DNA of 64,000 bases from an uncultured Chloroflexia bacterium (GTDB lineage: Bacteria > Chloroflexota > Anaerolineae > JAAYZQ01), in the NCBI GenBank assembly GCA_963700285.1, contig CAVOXA010000009.1:256001-320000 (forward strand), in the 5' to 3' direction. Positions 31,726 through 41,244 of this stretch are shown one piece after another. The first letter of the stretch is position 1, and each line of letters starts with the position of its first letter. The translations under genes were made by a program, and so were the position numbers. The notes under the pieces are model-generated. The model did no database searches. It had not been told where the DNA came from and saw only the letters and a list, made by a program, of their open reading frames with translations.

Positions 31726-32847
31726 ATGGCATCCAAGGTCAAACCCCAACCAGGATTGAAGAACTTGCGACCCTACGTACCCGGTACACCCATAGAGGAT
31801 GTTCAGCGCCAGTATGGCCTCAAGGATGTCATCAAGCTGGCATCCAATGAAAACCCCTTTGGCTCCTCGCCCAAGGCCCTCGAAGCGATCCGCCAGGCGC
31901 TGCCCCGGCTCAACCAATACCCTGACTCCGGATGCCATGCACTCCGCCACGCCCTGGCAACAGCCCTCCAGGTGGATCCAAAACAGCTTGTCGTCGGCAA
32001 CGGCGCCGATGGTGTCATCACCCAGATCTGTATGGCCTATCTGGATGAGAGAAGCCAGGTCATTGCCAGCAAGTCCTCCTTTCCAAATCACGAGCGCTTC
32101 ACCCACATCATGCGGGCCCAGCTCACCAAGATCCCCCTCAAGAACCACAGGTTGGACCTGGAGGCCATGGCGGACGCTATCACAGAAAGAACCACGCTGG
32201 TTTTTGTCTGCAACCCCAACAATCCGACCGGCACCATCGTCACCGCCAACCAGGTTGAAGCCTTCATGGAGCGGGTTCCGGATCACGTGCTGGTGGCCTT
32301 TGACGAAGCTTACTACGAACTGGTCGATTCCGATGAATACCCGGAGACGATAGCCTACATCCGCGAGGGCCGCGAGAATGTTATCCTGCTGCGGACCTTT
32401 TCCAAGGTCTATGGCTTGGCCGGTATCCGGCTGGGCTATGGTGTTGCCATGCCCAGCGTACTGGCCCCCATGAACCAGGTCAAGGACTCCTTTCCGGTGA
32501 ACCAGCTTGCTCAGGTAGCAGGGATCGCGGCCCTGCAGGACCAGGAATTCCTGCAGAGAACTGTGCAGGCCAACCATGCATCCCGGCTGTGGTTGTACGA
32601 GCAGTTTGAACGGCTGGGTCTCTCCTATGTTGAGAGCCACACCAACTTTGTGTTGTTTCATATCGGTCCCCATGCCCTCGACATCCAGCAGGAACTCCTG
32701 AAGCAAGGCGTGATCATTCGCCCCTGCGACGGCTACGATCTCTGTGATTGGCTCAGGGTGACGGTCGGTACGCCTGAACAGGACGCCCGCTTCATCGAGA
32801 CACTGGAGAGCGTGCTCGAGATCCTCCCGGAGGATTCTGGCATATAG
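31726..32847 (+). CDS. hisC: HisC-family (class I/II) PLP aminotransferase (histidinol-phosphate/aromatic type)
   Basis: KLASNENPFG, CNPNNPTG, DEAY, LRTFSKVYGLAGIRLGY, RVTVG. Confidence 0.85.
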   Translation: MASKVKPQPGLKNLRPYVPGTPIEDVQRQYGLKDVIKLASNENPFGSSPKALEAIRQALPRLNQYPDSGCHALRHALATALQVDPKQLVVGNGADGVITQICMAYLDERSQVIASKSSFPNHERFTHIMRAQLTKIPLKNHRLDLEAMADAITERTTLVFVCNPNNPTGTIVTANQVEAFMERVPDHVLVAFDEAYYELVDSDEYPETIAYIREGRENVILLRTFSKVYGLAGIRLGYGVAMPSVLAPMNQVKDSFPVNQLAQVAGIAALQDQEFLQRTVQANHASRLWLYEQFERLGLSYVESHTNFVLFHIGPHALDIQQELLKQGVIIRPCDGYDLCDWLRVTVGTPEQDARFIETLESVLEILPEDSGI

Positions 32848-32965
32848 TGGGCCACCACATCCTGGCAGAATCAACCAGTAGCAGGGCAGTAGCCGGTGCA
32901 ATCCTGCGGGAGGATCGCCCAGTCCAGGAGCTTTGCAACAACCCTGCTCTGCCTATTGAAGCGAG

Positions 32966-32994
32966 TTGACGCCTCGGGGTTCTTACCCTATAAT
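32966..32994 (+). promoter_or_regulatory. Sigma70 promoter
   Basis: TTGACG-17 nt-TATAAT. Confidence 0.75.
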
Positions 32995-33039
32995 TAGCAG
33001 ACCGCGCGTACCTGCAGGATACAGAAGCCTGTTAGGAGG

Positions 33040-33282
33040 GTGAGCATGATACAGCTATACGACAAAGAATCGGATACTCTGATCGGTAGCATTACGGCTC
33101 CAGATCTGCAGTTTTTGATTGATCAGCTTGAAGAAGAGGACTCTGAGGATCAAGACTACTACATTGATCGCGCCACGCTCGTGTGGTTTGAAGAAAACGG
33201 TGCCAATTCGGCCCTGCTCACCTTGCTGCGCGAGGCTTTGGGTGACCGCCAGGGGATGGATATCCGTTGGGAAGAGGACTGA
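33040..33282 (+). CDS. Small acidic conserved hypothetical protein (80 aa)
   Basis: AGGAGG RBS, own promoter; 'LQFLIDQLEEE..EDQDYYI' pattern of a small family often mislabelled as galactosyldiacylglycerol synthase (recall). Confidence 0.8.
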   Translation: MSMIQLYDKESDTLIGSITAPDLQFLIDQLEEEDSEDQDYYIDRATLVWFEENGANSALLTLLREALGDRQGMDIRWEED

Positions 33283-33365
33283 CACAGGTCAGTTGGTCAA
33301 ACCTTGTTCCCTCGATTGCCCGTATTTGTTCCGATTCTACGGAAATCTCGATCCGTGTTGACCCC

Positions 33366-34277
33366 CTATGCAGCCACGTCTGCGTACACAACACCGGTCA
33401 ATTCCTCGGACACGGCCCACAATCGCTCCGCGACTACCTGATCGTGGGACTGGTTGCTCGAGCGAACCTTGGCCGGCCCTCCGCCCAGCTCCATGAAACC
33501 ACGGGGACCGACAAAGTCACCGCCCTGTACATCTGGGGCGGTGGCTGCGTACAGCGTTGGCAGCGCGCCCTTCTCGGGGCGTTGGGCTAGCAACGGGTTC
33601 AGCCAGCGTATCAACGCATAGTTTCTCTGAAGGTTTGTGCCCGCCCAGCCGGGGTGGGCAGCCGCGACGATGACGCGGGCGCCCTCGAGACGCCTCTGTA
33701 GCTCGTAGGCAAACAGCAGGTTGGCCAGCTTGCTCTGCGCATAGGCCGCCGTCGCATTGTAGGAAGCCTTGCCCTGCAGGTCATCAAAGTGGATACTCCC
33801 TGCGCGATGGGCTAGGCTGCTCAGTACGACTACCCGCGAGCCAGCAGTACGCACGATCAGGTCCAGCAGCAATCCGCTCAGTGCAAAGTGGCCCAGGTGG
33901 TTGGTGCCGAACTGCAGCTCAAAACCCTCCACTGTTTCCTGGCGCTGGGGCGGTCTCATCACCCCCGCGTTGTTGATCAAGAGGTCCAGGCGACTGTGGC
34001 CTGCCCGGTAAGCCCCGGCAAAGCGGCGTACCGAGGCCAAATCGGCCAGGTCAAGCCGCATCATTTCGACACTGCCGCGGGGATTCTCAGCCCGAATCCG
34101 TTCGGCGGCTTCCGTGCCCTTCTGCCTGCTGCGGCAGGCCATGATGACCGTCGCCCCACCATGGGCCAGCGCGCGGACCGTCTCGTAGCCGATGCCGCTG
34201 TTGGCGCCGGTGACGGCGGCGATCCTGCCGCTTTGATCGGGCATGTGTTCACTGGTCCAATGCTTGTTCCACGACAC
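33366..34277 (-). CDS. Short-chain dehydrogenase (retinol-DH/protochlorophyllide-reductase-like)
   Basis: TGANSGIG, NNAG, NHLGHF, YAQSK, HPG; probable GTG start at 34277. Confidence 0.92.
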   Translation of the reverse strand: MSWNKHWTSEHMPDQSGRIAAVTGANSGIGYETVRALAHGGATVIMACRSRQKGTEAAERIRAENPRGSVEMMRLDLADLASVRRFAGAYRAGHSRLDLLINNAGVMRPPQRQETVEGFELQFGTNHLGHFALSGLLLDLIVRTAGSRVVVLSSLAHRAGSIHFDDLQGKASYNATAAYAQSKLANLLFAYELQRRLEGARVIVAAAHPGWAGTNLQRNYALIRWLNPLLAQRPEKGALPTLYAATAPDVQGGDFVGPRGFMELGGGPAKVRSSNQSHDQVVAERLWAVSEELTGVVYADVAA

Positions 34278-34405
34278 GGATTGTCTATACCTCTCCTCAG
34301 CTGGCCTGCTGCGGGGAGTATACCACGTTCCTGATCCTCTGTTAAATTGGGTCTCTGCTGCGGGCATGCAACCTGATACACTCTGAAACCAAGTGCATCC
34401 ATACC

Positions 34406-37006
34406 TCAGTCTGGCGCAGAGCTAGCAATGACCTGGGGGCCACGCTGTTCTAGATACACTTTCCCTTCGCCGCCATCCACCGTGATCATGTCGCCGCTTT
34501 GGATATGCTTGGTTGCCGCCCCTGTGCCCAAGACAGCGGGAATGCCGTACTCCCGGGCCACAATCGATCCGTGACTGAGGGGACCGCCAATATCGGTGAC
34601 GATAGCCGCGGCGCGGGCAAACAGTGGGGTCCAGGCTGGGGTGGTGAGTGGGGCCACAAGGACATCCCCGGCCCTGAACTGCGCAAAATCCTCTGGACCA
34701 TGCACAACACAGGCTGGAGCGGTTGCCCGGCCCGGGCTGGCGGCAACGCCTTTGAGGCTATCTTTATGGCGCTTGCTGGTCCTCGATGACTTGATATCCC
34801 CCATCTTTCTACCCAGGATCCTGAGTTCGGGTAACATCTGCGGCGGCGTTGCGCGCCTTGCAGCGCGCCAGACTGCCTTGCGCATGGGGATAGCGGCCGC
34901 CAGAAAGCTTTGAGTCTCACCCCGATCAATCCTCGCTGCGGCTTCCTCAACCTGGTCCTGATCCAGCCAAAAGACATCGTCGGGTACCTCGATGATGCCT
35001 CCCTTGGCGAAGCGGCGGCCCACTTCGCGCAGTATCTGCCGCAGCAAGGGATAGCCCAGCCCGACATCGGCCAGTCCATCTTCGCGCAGCGGGGCATAGC
35101 GTTGGGCCGGCCCAAGTGTGCCTTGAAACAGCTTCAGGCGCAGCCCCTTCAGCCTATTCAGCATGGCCCGTTTCGCCTGCTCGCGCCGGTCAACCGCGGC
35201 CTGCTGGCGAGCGTGGGGGTCAGTCCCCTGGCCGCTGAGGAGCCACTTGCACGTATCCAGCAGTGGTGCCGGGTCGTCCGCGGGCACCGGATTGGCAAAG
35301 TCCAGGTTGTAGATGGTGTGGCCGTAGCGCTGCAGATGTTCCTGGAAGCGACCTTGCCATTCGGACCAATCGTCTGCCTCCACGCCCGGTGGCGGCTGCA
35401 AAGCGGACGACTTGATCTGGAGGGCGAGTTCGGATGTCGGCGTGTTCTTCAGGTAGCTGGACAATCCAGAAGGCGTGCGGGCCCAGTTGGCCAGGTCGTA
35501 CAGCGATTTTTCCGCCTGGATGGGCAGACTGTCAAAACCCATCAGATAAACCGGCGCCGCTGGATCGTCTCGGCGTTTGAGCACTGTATTGTAGGCCAGG
35601 GTGAACAATCCCTCGCTGATCCAGGCGGCCGGGATGACGCCAGACACCAGCGCCCCGTAGGCGTCGACCGCTGTTTCCATCAGCTCGCGCGCTGCGCCCA
35701 CGAGTTCGGTGGTCGACATCTCGCACCAGCCAGTGCCCTGCCAGCGCTCGACAGTGGCCAGGTAGCGAGGGCGTCCTACGTCGACCCACCGTTCCACCGC
35801 GCCCGTGAACATGCGCTTCATAATTCCAATGCTGCCCAGGACTATCCGGCCAATCTGGCCGGGTGTCCACGAGCCATTGTAATAGGCGTACTTGTTGACG
35901 CTGATGATCAGTTCGTCTGGCACGAGATCCGGCTTGCCTAGAAAATCGGCCAGCAGCCCGCCCAGGCTGGCATTGACCGCGGCCCGGCCCAGTGTGCCAA
36001 AGAGGGGAGTCAGCGGATCGGCCATCAGTTCGACGATGTTGTTGCGCATCGCAACATAGCTGCCCTGGGGCAACTTCCACTCGGTCGGGATGGGCGGTTC
36101 AGGCTCGGGTAGGGCTGTGATGGGCCGGGCCTGGACGATGGCGAAGGATGGCTGCGTCTGGGCGCCTTTGCCCTCTGCAGATGCGGCGTCTCTCCTCTCC
36201 GGTACGACCCACTCGATGTCCATGGGCAGGCCCAAGAACTCTTCGATTTGCGTACCCAGACGAACCAGTTCGGCGGCTTCCGAATCAGAGAGTACGGGAG
36301 CCTTGCGCAACGCCCCAGGGACAACCTTTTCTTGCGTACCGCTGGCCACGCGGACTGTCATTACCTGTTTGTCGCTCGTTTCGCGCGAAAGCACGCGACC
36401 CGTGGCTTTGTCCACGACGAGTGTGTCCGGTGTCACCAGGCCACCCACAATGGCCTCACCCAGGCCCCATGCCGCGCTGATCATGGCCTGATCGCGCTGG
36501 CCGGTGACCGGATTGGCGGTGAACAATACGCCAGAACTCTCTGCGCGCACCAACTGCTGGACGATGACGGCAACCCTGTGTTCCGAATCCAGGCCTTTGG
36601 CTTTGCTATAGGCCTGAACCCGCTCACCGTGTCGCGAGTGATACACTGTGTGGATGGCCTCGTAGATTTCCTCGCCGCTGTGCACGTTGAGTACCGTCTC
36701 AAACTCACCAGCAAAGGAAGCCTGGGCCGAGTCTTCGCTCATCGCAGAGGAGCGCACCGCAAAGGTCATGGGGTGCCGTGCGTCCGTCTTGCCCACGGCT
36801 CCCCGTAGATGGCTGAGCTGCACCTGAACCTGCAACCAGGCTTCAGCGCTTATCTCGTCATCGACAAAGGCGCTGGGCAGAATGACAAAACCCTCCGGCA
36901 CCGGAAAGTTGGCTTGGTACAGCCTGGCCAGCGCGCCACCCTTGCCCCCGGCTTGCGGCTGTTGTTCTGCAGTCAGCTCGGCAAAGGACTTGACCACGTC
37001 ATTCAC
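34406..37006 (-). CDS. PEP/pyruvate-binding small-molecule dikinase (rifampicin phosphotransferase-like architecture)
   Basis: N-terminal ATP-grasp (GGKG, AVRSSA, GLGEAIVGG, DIEW, QARPIT), central helical domain, C-terminal His domain 'GGPLSHGSIVAREYGIP'. Confidence 0.88.
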   Translation of the reverse strand: MNDVVKSFAELTAEQQPQAGGKGGALARLYQANFPVPEGFVILPSAFVDDEISAEAWLQVQVQLSHLRGAVGKTDARHPMTFAVRSSAMSEDSAQASFAGEFETVLNVHSGEEIYEAIHTVYHSRHGERVQAYSKAKGLDSEHRVAVIVQQLVRAESSGVLFTANPVTGQRDQAMISAAWGLGEAIVGGLVTPDTLVVDKATGRVLSRETSDKQVMTVRVASGTQEKVVPGALRKAPVLSDSEAAELVRLGTQIEEFLGLPMDIEWVVPERRDAASAEGKGAQTQPSFAIVQARPITALPEPEPPIPTEWKLPQGSYVAMRNNIVELMADPLTPLFGTLGRAAVNASLGGLLADFLGKPDLVPDELIISVNKYAYYNGSWTPGQIGRIVLGSIGIMKRMFTGAVERWVDVGRPRYLATVERWQGTGWCEMSTTELVGAARELMETAVDAYGALVSGVIPAAWISEGLFTLAYNTVLKRRDDPAAPVYLMGFDSLPIQAEKSLYDLANWARTPSGLSSYLKNTPTSELALQIKSSALQPPPGVEADDWSEWQGRFQEHLQRYGHTIYNLDFANPVPADDPAPLLDTCKWLLSGQGTDPHARQQAAVDRREQAKRAMLNRLKGLRLKLFQGTLGPAQRYAPLREDGLADVGLGYPLLRQILREVGRRFAKGGIIEVPDDVFWLDQDQVEEAAARIDRGETQSFLAAAIPMRKAVWRAARRATPPQMLPELRILGRKMGDIKSSRTSKRHKDSLKGVAASPGRATAPACVVHGPEDFAQFRAGDVLVAPLTTPAWTPLFARAAAIVTDIGGPLSHGSIVAREYGIPAVLGTGAATKHIQSGDMITVDGGEGKVYLEQRGPQVIASSAPD

Positions 37007-37130
37007 TTACTTTGCCCCCTTCCAATTCTGTGCTCTCCTCACCTACGGTCACCGGCATCCCCTCGAACCAGTTTACCCAGCGACTGCCGATCCTACCTTG
37101 AACCCGGATCTGAACTCTGTACTGTTCCAC
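36999..37130 (-). pseudogene. Truncated small conserved protein fragment
   Basis: 'YRVQIRVQGRIGSRWVNWFEGM' matches the N-terminus of a small family common in Chloroflexota/Actinomycetota (recall); the C-terminal half is missing. Confidence 0.45.
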
Positions 37131-37686
37131 AATTGTTTTCGAGTTCGTTCGGGGTGGGGCGTGCGGCCAACCCTTTGATCCGCTGCACCGCAATGGCCAG
37201 GGCGAGATCCCCACTGGGCCAGATGTCCGGCCGACGCAGCGCCATCAGCAGGTAAGTATCCGCCGTCCACGGCCCGATACCTTTGAGTTGGGTCAGCGCT
37301 GACCGCGCTGCCATGTCGTCCATCGTCTCCAACGCGCCCAAGTCAAGACGGCCATCGCCCAGGGCGTGTGCCAGACTGCGACCGTAGGCGGTTTTGTGGC
37401 GGCTGAAACCGATGGATTTAAGGCGGTCGTCATCCAGTTCGAGAAACCGGGCCGGGGTAAGCGGCGATGCCGCGGTAAGCAGACGGTCGTAGGCCGCTTG
37501 CGCGGATGCGAGCGATACCTGCTGTTGCAGGATAATGTGCACGAGTGTGGGGAACCCGGGCTCCCGCGCCCACATGGGGGGTGAACCCAGATCCTCCAAG
37601 ATCCGGTTCAGATCCGGGTCGCGCTCCGACAGGATGCGCAAGCCCCGCATCAGGGTTTCTGGGGTCAGCGGCACTGGTACGGACAT
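37093..37686 (-). CDS. alkA: DNA-3-methyladenine glycosylase II (AlkA/HhH-GPD), C-terminus apparently truncated
   Basis: 'ILQQQVS', HhH 'LKGIGPWTAD', 'RPDIWPSGDL'; lacks the usual W.P.R...LW tail. Confidence 0.8.
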   Translation of the reverse strand: MSVPVPLTPETLMRGLRILSERDPDLNRILEDLGSPPMWAREPGFPTLVHIILQQQVSLASAQAAYDRLLTAASPLTPARFLELDDDRLKSIGFSRHKTAYGRSLAHALGDGRLDLGALETMDDMAARSALTQLKGIGPWTADTYLLMALRRPDIWPSGDLALAIAVQRIKGLAARPTPNELENNCGTVQSSDPGSR

Positions 37687-37745
37687 GAGAATCGGCGACT
37701 TTTAGTTACAAACACTGGTATGAACCGAGGCGTACTTAACCTTCC

Positions 37746-38969
37746 CTATGACAGAACCCCATCCAAATCCAGCAAAAGATCCCGAAGGACCTGCGCGATG
37801 TCGACCAGCTTGCCGGTAGCCACAATCTCTGGCTTGTCTCGGGCCGTGTGCGCCACGTAGGCCCACAGCTCGTCGAACCGGTCCGAGGTGATGGCCAGGG
37901 CGGGTCTCTGCTGCTGAACAAATATCGCGTGGTCGCTTTGATACCATGGCTCGCCTTCGATCATGCCTTCCTGGGCGGAAAATACCCTGCGTATGGCACC
38001 GGCAATCTCTGCGGGGCAGCCGTACAGAGAGTAGGCTGTATGCCCCTGGTGATAACCCGCTCCGTCCATGTTGATGGCCAGGATGATTTCGTCGAACCTG
38101 CCTTCGTTGTCTTTGAGAAACTGCATCTCTCCCGGGGCAGAGTAATAGTCCTCGCCGTTCAGGGCAACGATCTCCAGGCCAAGCTTCCCAGAATGGTCCT
38201 GCAGCAGCTCAGCGAGCAGGAGGAGAACCACCACCCCCGTGGCATTGTCCAGGGCACCGGGAGTGCCCTTCTTGGCATCAATATGGGCGCATACCACCAC
38301 CCTGCGGCCGGAATCTTTCCCCTTACGAGCGACGACGTTGCAGCCCTTGGCGGGCAGCCGCTCTGCCTGAAAGTCAAGGGTAACTTTTCGACCCGCATGG
38401 CGGGCCAATCTTGCTCCATCCTCCTCCGTCATATAGACTGAGGGGATGTCGAAATCGCCGTCCTCGATGAGGGGAAACGGGTATACCCCGCCCGCCATCT
38501 GCGGGTCTCGAGAGGTAGCGGCGATGATGGCCCTGGGGGCCCTGTTCTCGAGCAGGCCAATGATCCGCTTGTGGTGGTCGGGGTTGTAGAAAGTAAAATT
38601 CTTGGGCATCAACTGCTCTGCGGCTATCTCCCCTCGGAGCATCAAGATCTTTTCCGATACTTTGCTGGCGGCCAGTTCCTCAACAGTGGATGTCACAGCC
38701 AGGGGGGCCTTGGCCTGGCATCCCAGGGAGTAGGGGCTGACACAAGCCTCAAAAGGCTCGCCGTCAGCTTCGAGATGGACCTTTCCATGGCTCCAGTCGA
38801 TGCAGTCGAACGCCCGGTACTCTGTGCCAAACCCGAAGGAGGCCACGGTCCGGGCGAAAAACTCTGTTGAGGCCCGGTTACCCGGACTGCCTACAGACCT
38901 GCTGGGGACCTCCACACACAATCTGCGCAGGTAATCATCTGCCTTCTCTGCCAGGGTGATGGATGACAT
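37746..38969 (-). CDS. M28-family peptidase with PA domain
   Basis: 'AHID', 'GALDNATG', 'NGED', 'INMDG', 'SDH', 'HT..D'; ATG 38969 behind GAGGAGGAG. Confidence 0.88.
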   Translation of the reverse strand: MSSITLAEKADDYLRRLCVEVPSRSVGSPGNRASTEFFARTVASFGFGTEYRAFDCIDWSHGKVHLEADGEPFEACVSPYSLGCQAKAPLAVTSTVEELAASKVSEKILMLRGEIAAEQLMPKNFTFYNPDHHKRIIGLLENRAPRAIIAATSRDPQMAGGVYPFPLIEDGDFDIPSVYMTEEDGARLARHAGRKVTLDFQAERLPAKGCNVVARKGKDSGRRVVVCAHIDAKKGTPGALDNATGVVVLLLLAELLQDHSGKLGLEIVALNGEDYYSAPGEMQFLKDNEGRFDEIILAINMDGAGYHQGHTAYSLYGCPAEIAGAIRRVFSAQEGMIEGEPWYQSDHAIFVQQQRPALAITSDRFDELWAYVAHTARDKPEIVATGKLVDIAQVLRDLLLDLDGVLS

Positions 38970-38980
38970 GGTTCTCCTCC

Positions 38981-39340
38981 TCAGGATGGCCGGGCGTAGC
39001 CTGGCTCGTAAAGCACAATCTCCAGGTCCCCTGGGGCCTTGAAAGAAGAAGTAAATCCCCACTCAGTTTCGGCGATGGGTCCGGTGAACTCGACCCCCCT
39101 GGCCGACAACTCAGCCACCGTACTTTCGATGTTGTCACAATAGAACGAAACGTGCTGTATGCCAAAGCCGCGGCCCTTTTCCAGGTCAACCGGGTGACAT
39201 CCAACTTTGGCCCCTGGGAGATCAAAGATCAGCCACCCACCGCCGATATCGAAGGACTGGAGTCCTAGCTTGTCGCGCAGAAAGGCGCAGAGTTTCTCCG
39301 CCTCGGAGGAATAGAACATGGCATGGATACCTCTTATCAT
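38981..39340 (-). CDS. VOC/glyoxalase-family protein
   Basis: 'H.MFYS', 'DIGGGWLIF', 'SFYCDNIESTVAEL..RGVEF', 'WG'. Confidence 0.85.
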   Translation of the reverse strand: MIRGIHAMFYSSEAEKLCAFLRDKLGLQSFDIGGGWLIFDLPGAKVGCHPVDLEKGRGFGIQHVSFYCDNIESTVAELSARGVEFTGPIAETEWGFTSSFKAPGDLEIVLYEPGYARPS

Positions 39341-39381
39341 CGCCTTCTCCCTGAAGATAGAGCTTCTATTCTGGGTCACCG

Positions 39382-40353
39382 CTACACGGCCCCGCAGCGC
39401 GCCTCCAAGGGCCCAGGTGACAAGAGCCCGGCCAACACGCTTAGCACGACGAGTACGGCCCACAGCGCCGCCGCCAATGCCACGTATATGACAAGCAGCA
39501 GGATACTATAGCCCTGCACCGACATGAGCACCCCGACCAGAATCTCCGCCAGGAATAGAATGCCCAGCGCCGTCGCGGCGCGGCGGACTGCGCCGTTCTT
39601 GGGCTGCAGGCGCCAGGCCTGTACGATCACCGCGATGAGCAGTATGCCCGCTGCAGTAGCGAGTAGGAGACGCGCCGCCCGGAGCCAGCCGTGCACATCG
39701 TCAGGTACCGCTTGTCCGCCATACAGGGGCCAGCCCAAACACCTGACAAGCGAACCGTTCTTTGCGACGAGGACCCCACTCACCAGAACAACGAATACAG
39801 CGACGAGCGTCCACGAGGCCAACTTGGCAAAAGCGCTGTGGAACAGCAGCCTGTCGGGCAGGGTGGGATCCGCGTGCCGGGCAAAGGCCACCACGGTCGC
39901 CGTCGGCACAAGGGCCAGCACTATCAGCGCCGAGCCAAGGTCAACGGCCGCCAGCCCGGGCGATAGTCCCTGCAGGACTACGAGGGCGCCAAAGATGGTC
40001 ACTGCGACGAAAAAAGCGATAGCCAGTGCCAGCGGGCGGCTCACCCACCGGATCGAGCGGTACTGCCACAGGCCCACGGCCGCTGCGGCGACGATGAGCA
40101 GCGACGTCAAGGCAGCCACGACACGGTGCGAGTACTCGATGATGGAATCCATCCGCATGGGTGGAACCAGCTGGCCGTAACACCCTGGCCAGTCGGGACA
40201 TCCCACGCTTCCCCCGGTGACACAGACGATGCCGCCGGCGGTGATCAGGAGATAGGTCATAACGGCTGTCATGAAAAGCAGGTAGCAGTACCATCTTGCG
40301 ACAGGCATCCTGCCCTCTGATCCCCGGTCCCCGCTTGGGTTTTTGCTACTCAC
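39382..40353 (-). CDS. COX15/CtaA-family membrane protein (degenerate heme A synthase-like)
   Basis: 'GCPDWPGC', 'EYSHR', internal repeat 'CLGWP'; about 8 TM helices. Confidence 0.8.
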   Translation of the reverse strand: MSSKNPSGDRGSEGRMPVARWYCYLLFMTAVMTYLLITAGGIVCVTGGSVGCPDWPGCYGQLVPPMRMDSIIEYSHRVVAALTSLLIVAAAAVGLWQYRSIRWVSRPLALAIAFFVAVTIFGALVVLQGLSPGLAAVDLGSALIVLALVPTATVVAFARHADPTLPDRLLFHSAFAKLASWTLVAVFVVLVSGVLVAKNGSLVRCLGWPLYGGQAVPDDVHGWLRAARLLLATAAGILLIAVIVQAWRLQPKNGAVRRAATALGILFLAEILVGVLMSVQGYSILLLVIYVALAAALWAVLVVLSVLAGLLSPGPLEARCGAV

Positions 40354-40391
40354 TCGTCAAAGGACTCGCAGAGCCGTGACAAAAGGTTCGC

Positions 40392-41135
40392 CTACGCCTC
40401 GCAAGGCGGCTCATCGGCGATGGATTTGATCAAATCGGCTGCTGCTTCGATCTGGTCTGCCGTCCCGTCGATGCCAATCCAGGCCGCGCCTTCCGCACCA
40501 TAGATCCCTCCGGAAGCGATCAATCGCGCCTCAGCTCCCGTTATCAGCTTGATGGCATCTACCTCTGTGAAAATCTGACCTGATACAGGGTACAGTCGCG
40601 GGCCCTCTGCCCCAGGCGCATTGCACCAATCGGCCAGACACTTTACGTCATCCAGCACACGTTTCTCCAACCCCACGGGCACCAGCAGCCGTACCCTCCG
40701 GCCGATCATGGCTGACATGGCTGCATGGATCGTGCCCGCCTTGGGGTGGCCGATCTGTACCGCAGCCCAGCCGTGCTGGTCGAAGGCGTTTGCCCCCTTT
40801 AGAACAACGTCGCCAGCCTTGAGGTCGTCCTCGACGTCGAAAATAGTCTTACCCTTCTGCCACTGGCCGTCGCGTATCACCACATCACCAGGGAAATCGG
40901 CTTTGGGTGCCTTGGCGCCCGGTGCGGTCGTCATACCCCGGCGAAAACCTACCCGGGAGAACCCTTCAGCCTGTCCCAGTGATTTGAGGATCTCTTCAGC
41001 CACGTAGCCGTTCGTCGTGCCGGCAATGATGACCAGGGTTCCTGTGTCAAGAGCAGCCTGCAGGTCGGGGTGATGGACCATTGCTTTGCCGATCAGCCGC
41101 TTGCCCATGGAAGTAGTCAAACAAAACTGTTTCAT
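40392..41135 (-). CDS. Conserved hypothetical protein (247 aa)
   Basis: Intact ORF with RBS GAAAGGGG; 'GTTNGYVAEE', 'KGANA', 'PVGLEK' look like conserved motifs; function unknown. Confidence 0.8.
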   Translation of the reverse strand: MKQFCLTTSMGKRLIGKAMVHHPDLQAALDTGTLVIIAGTTNGYVAEEILKSLGQAEGFSRVGFRRGMTTAPGAKAPKADFPGDVVIRDGQWQKGKTIFDVEDDLKAGDVVLKGANAFDQHGWAAVQIGHPKAGTIHAAMSAMIGRRVRLLVPVGLEKRVLDDVKCLADWCNAPGAEGPRLYPVSGQIFTEVDAIKLITGAEARLIASGGIYGAEGAAWIGIDGTADQIEAAADLIKSIADEPPCEA

Positions 41136-41244
41136 TTCGTTCCCCTTTCTTGTACTGGTTCAGTTGACGCCAATGTATTCTTCTTACGACCCAGCTGTCG
41201 GTGTCATACCCGCGCTCATCGGCCGCAGATCGGTTCACACTATA

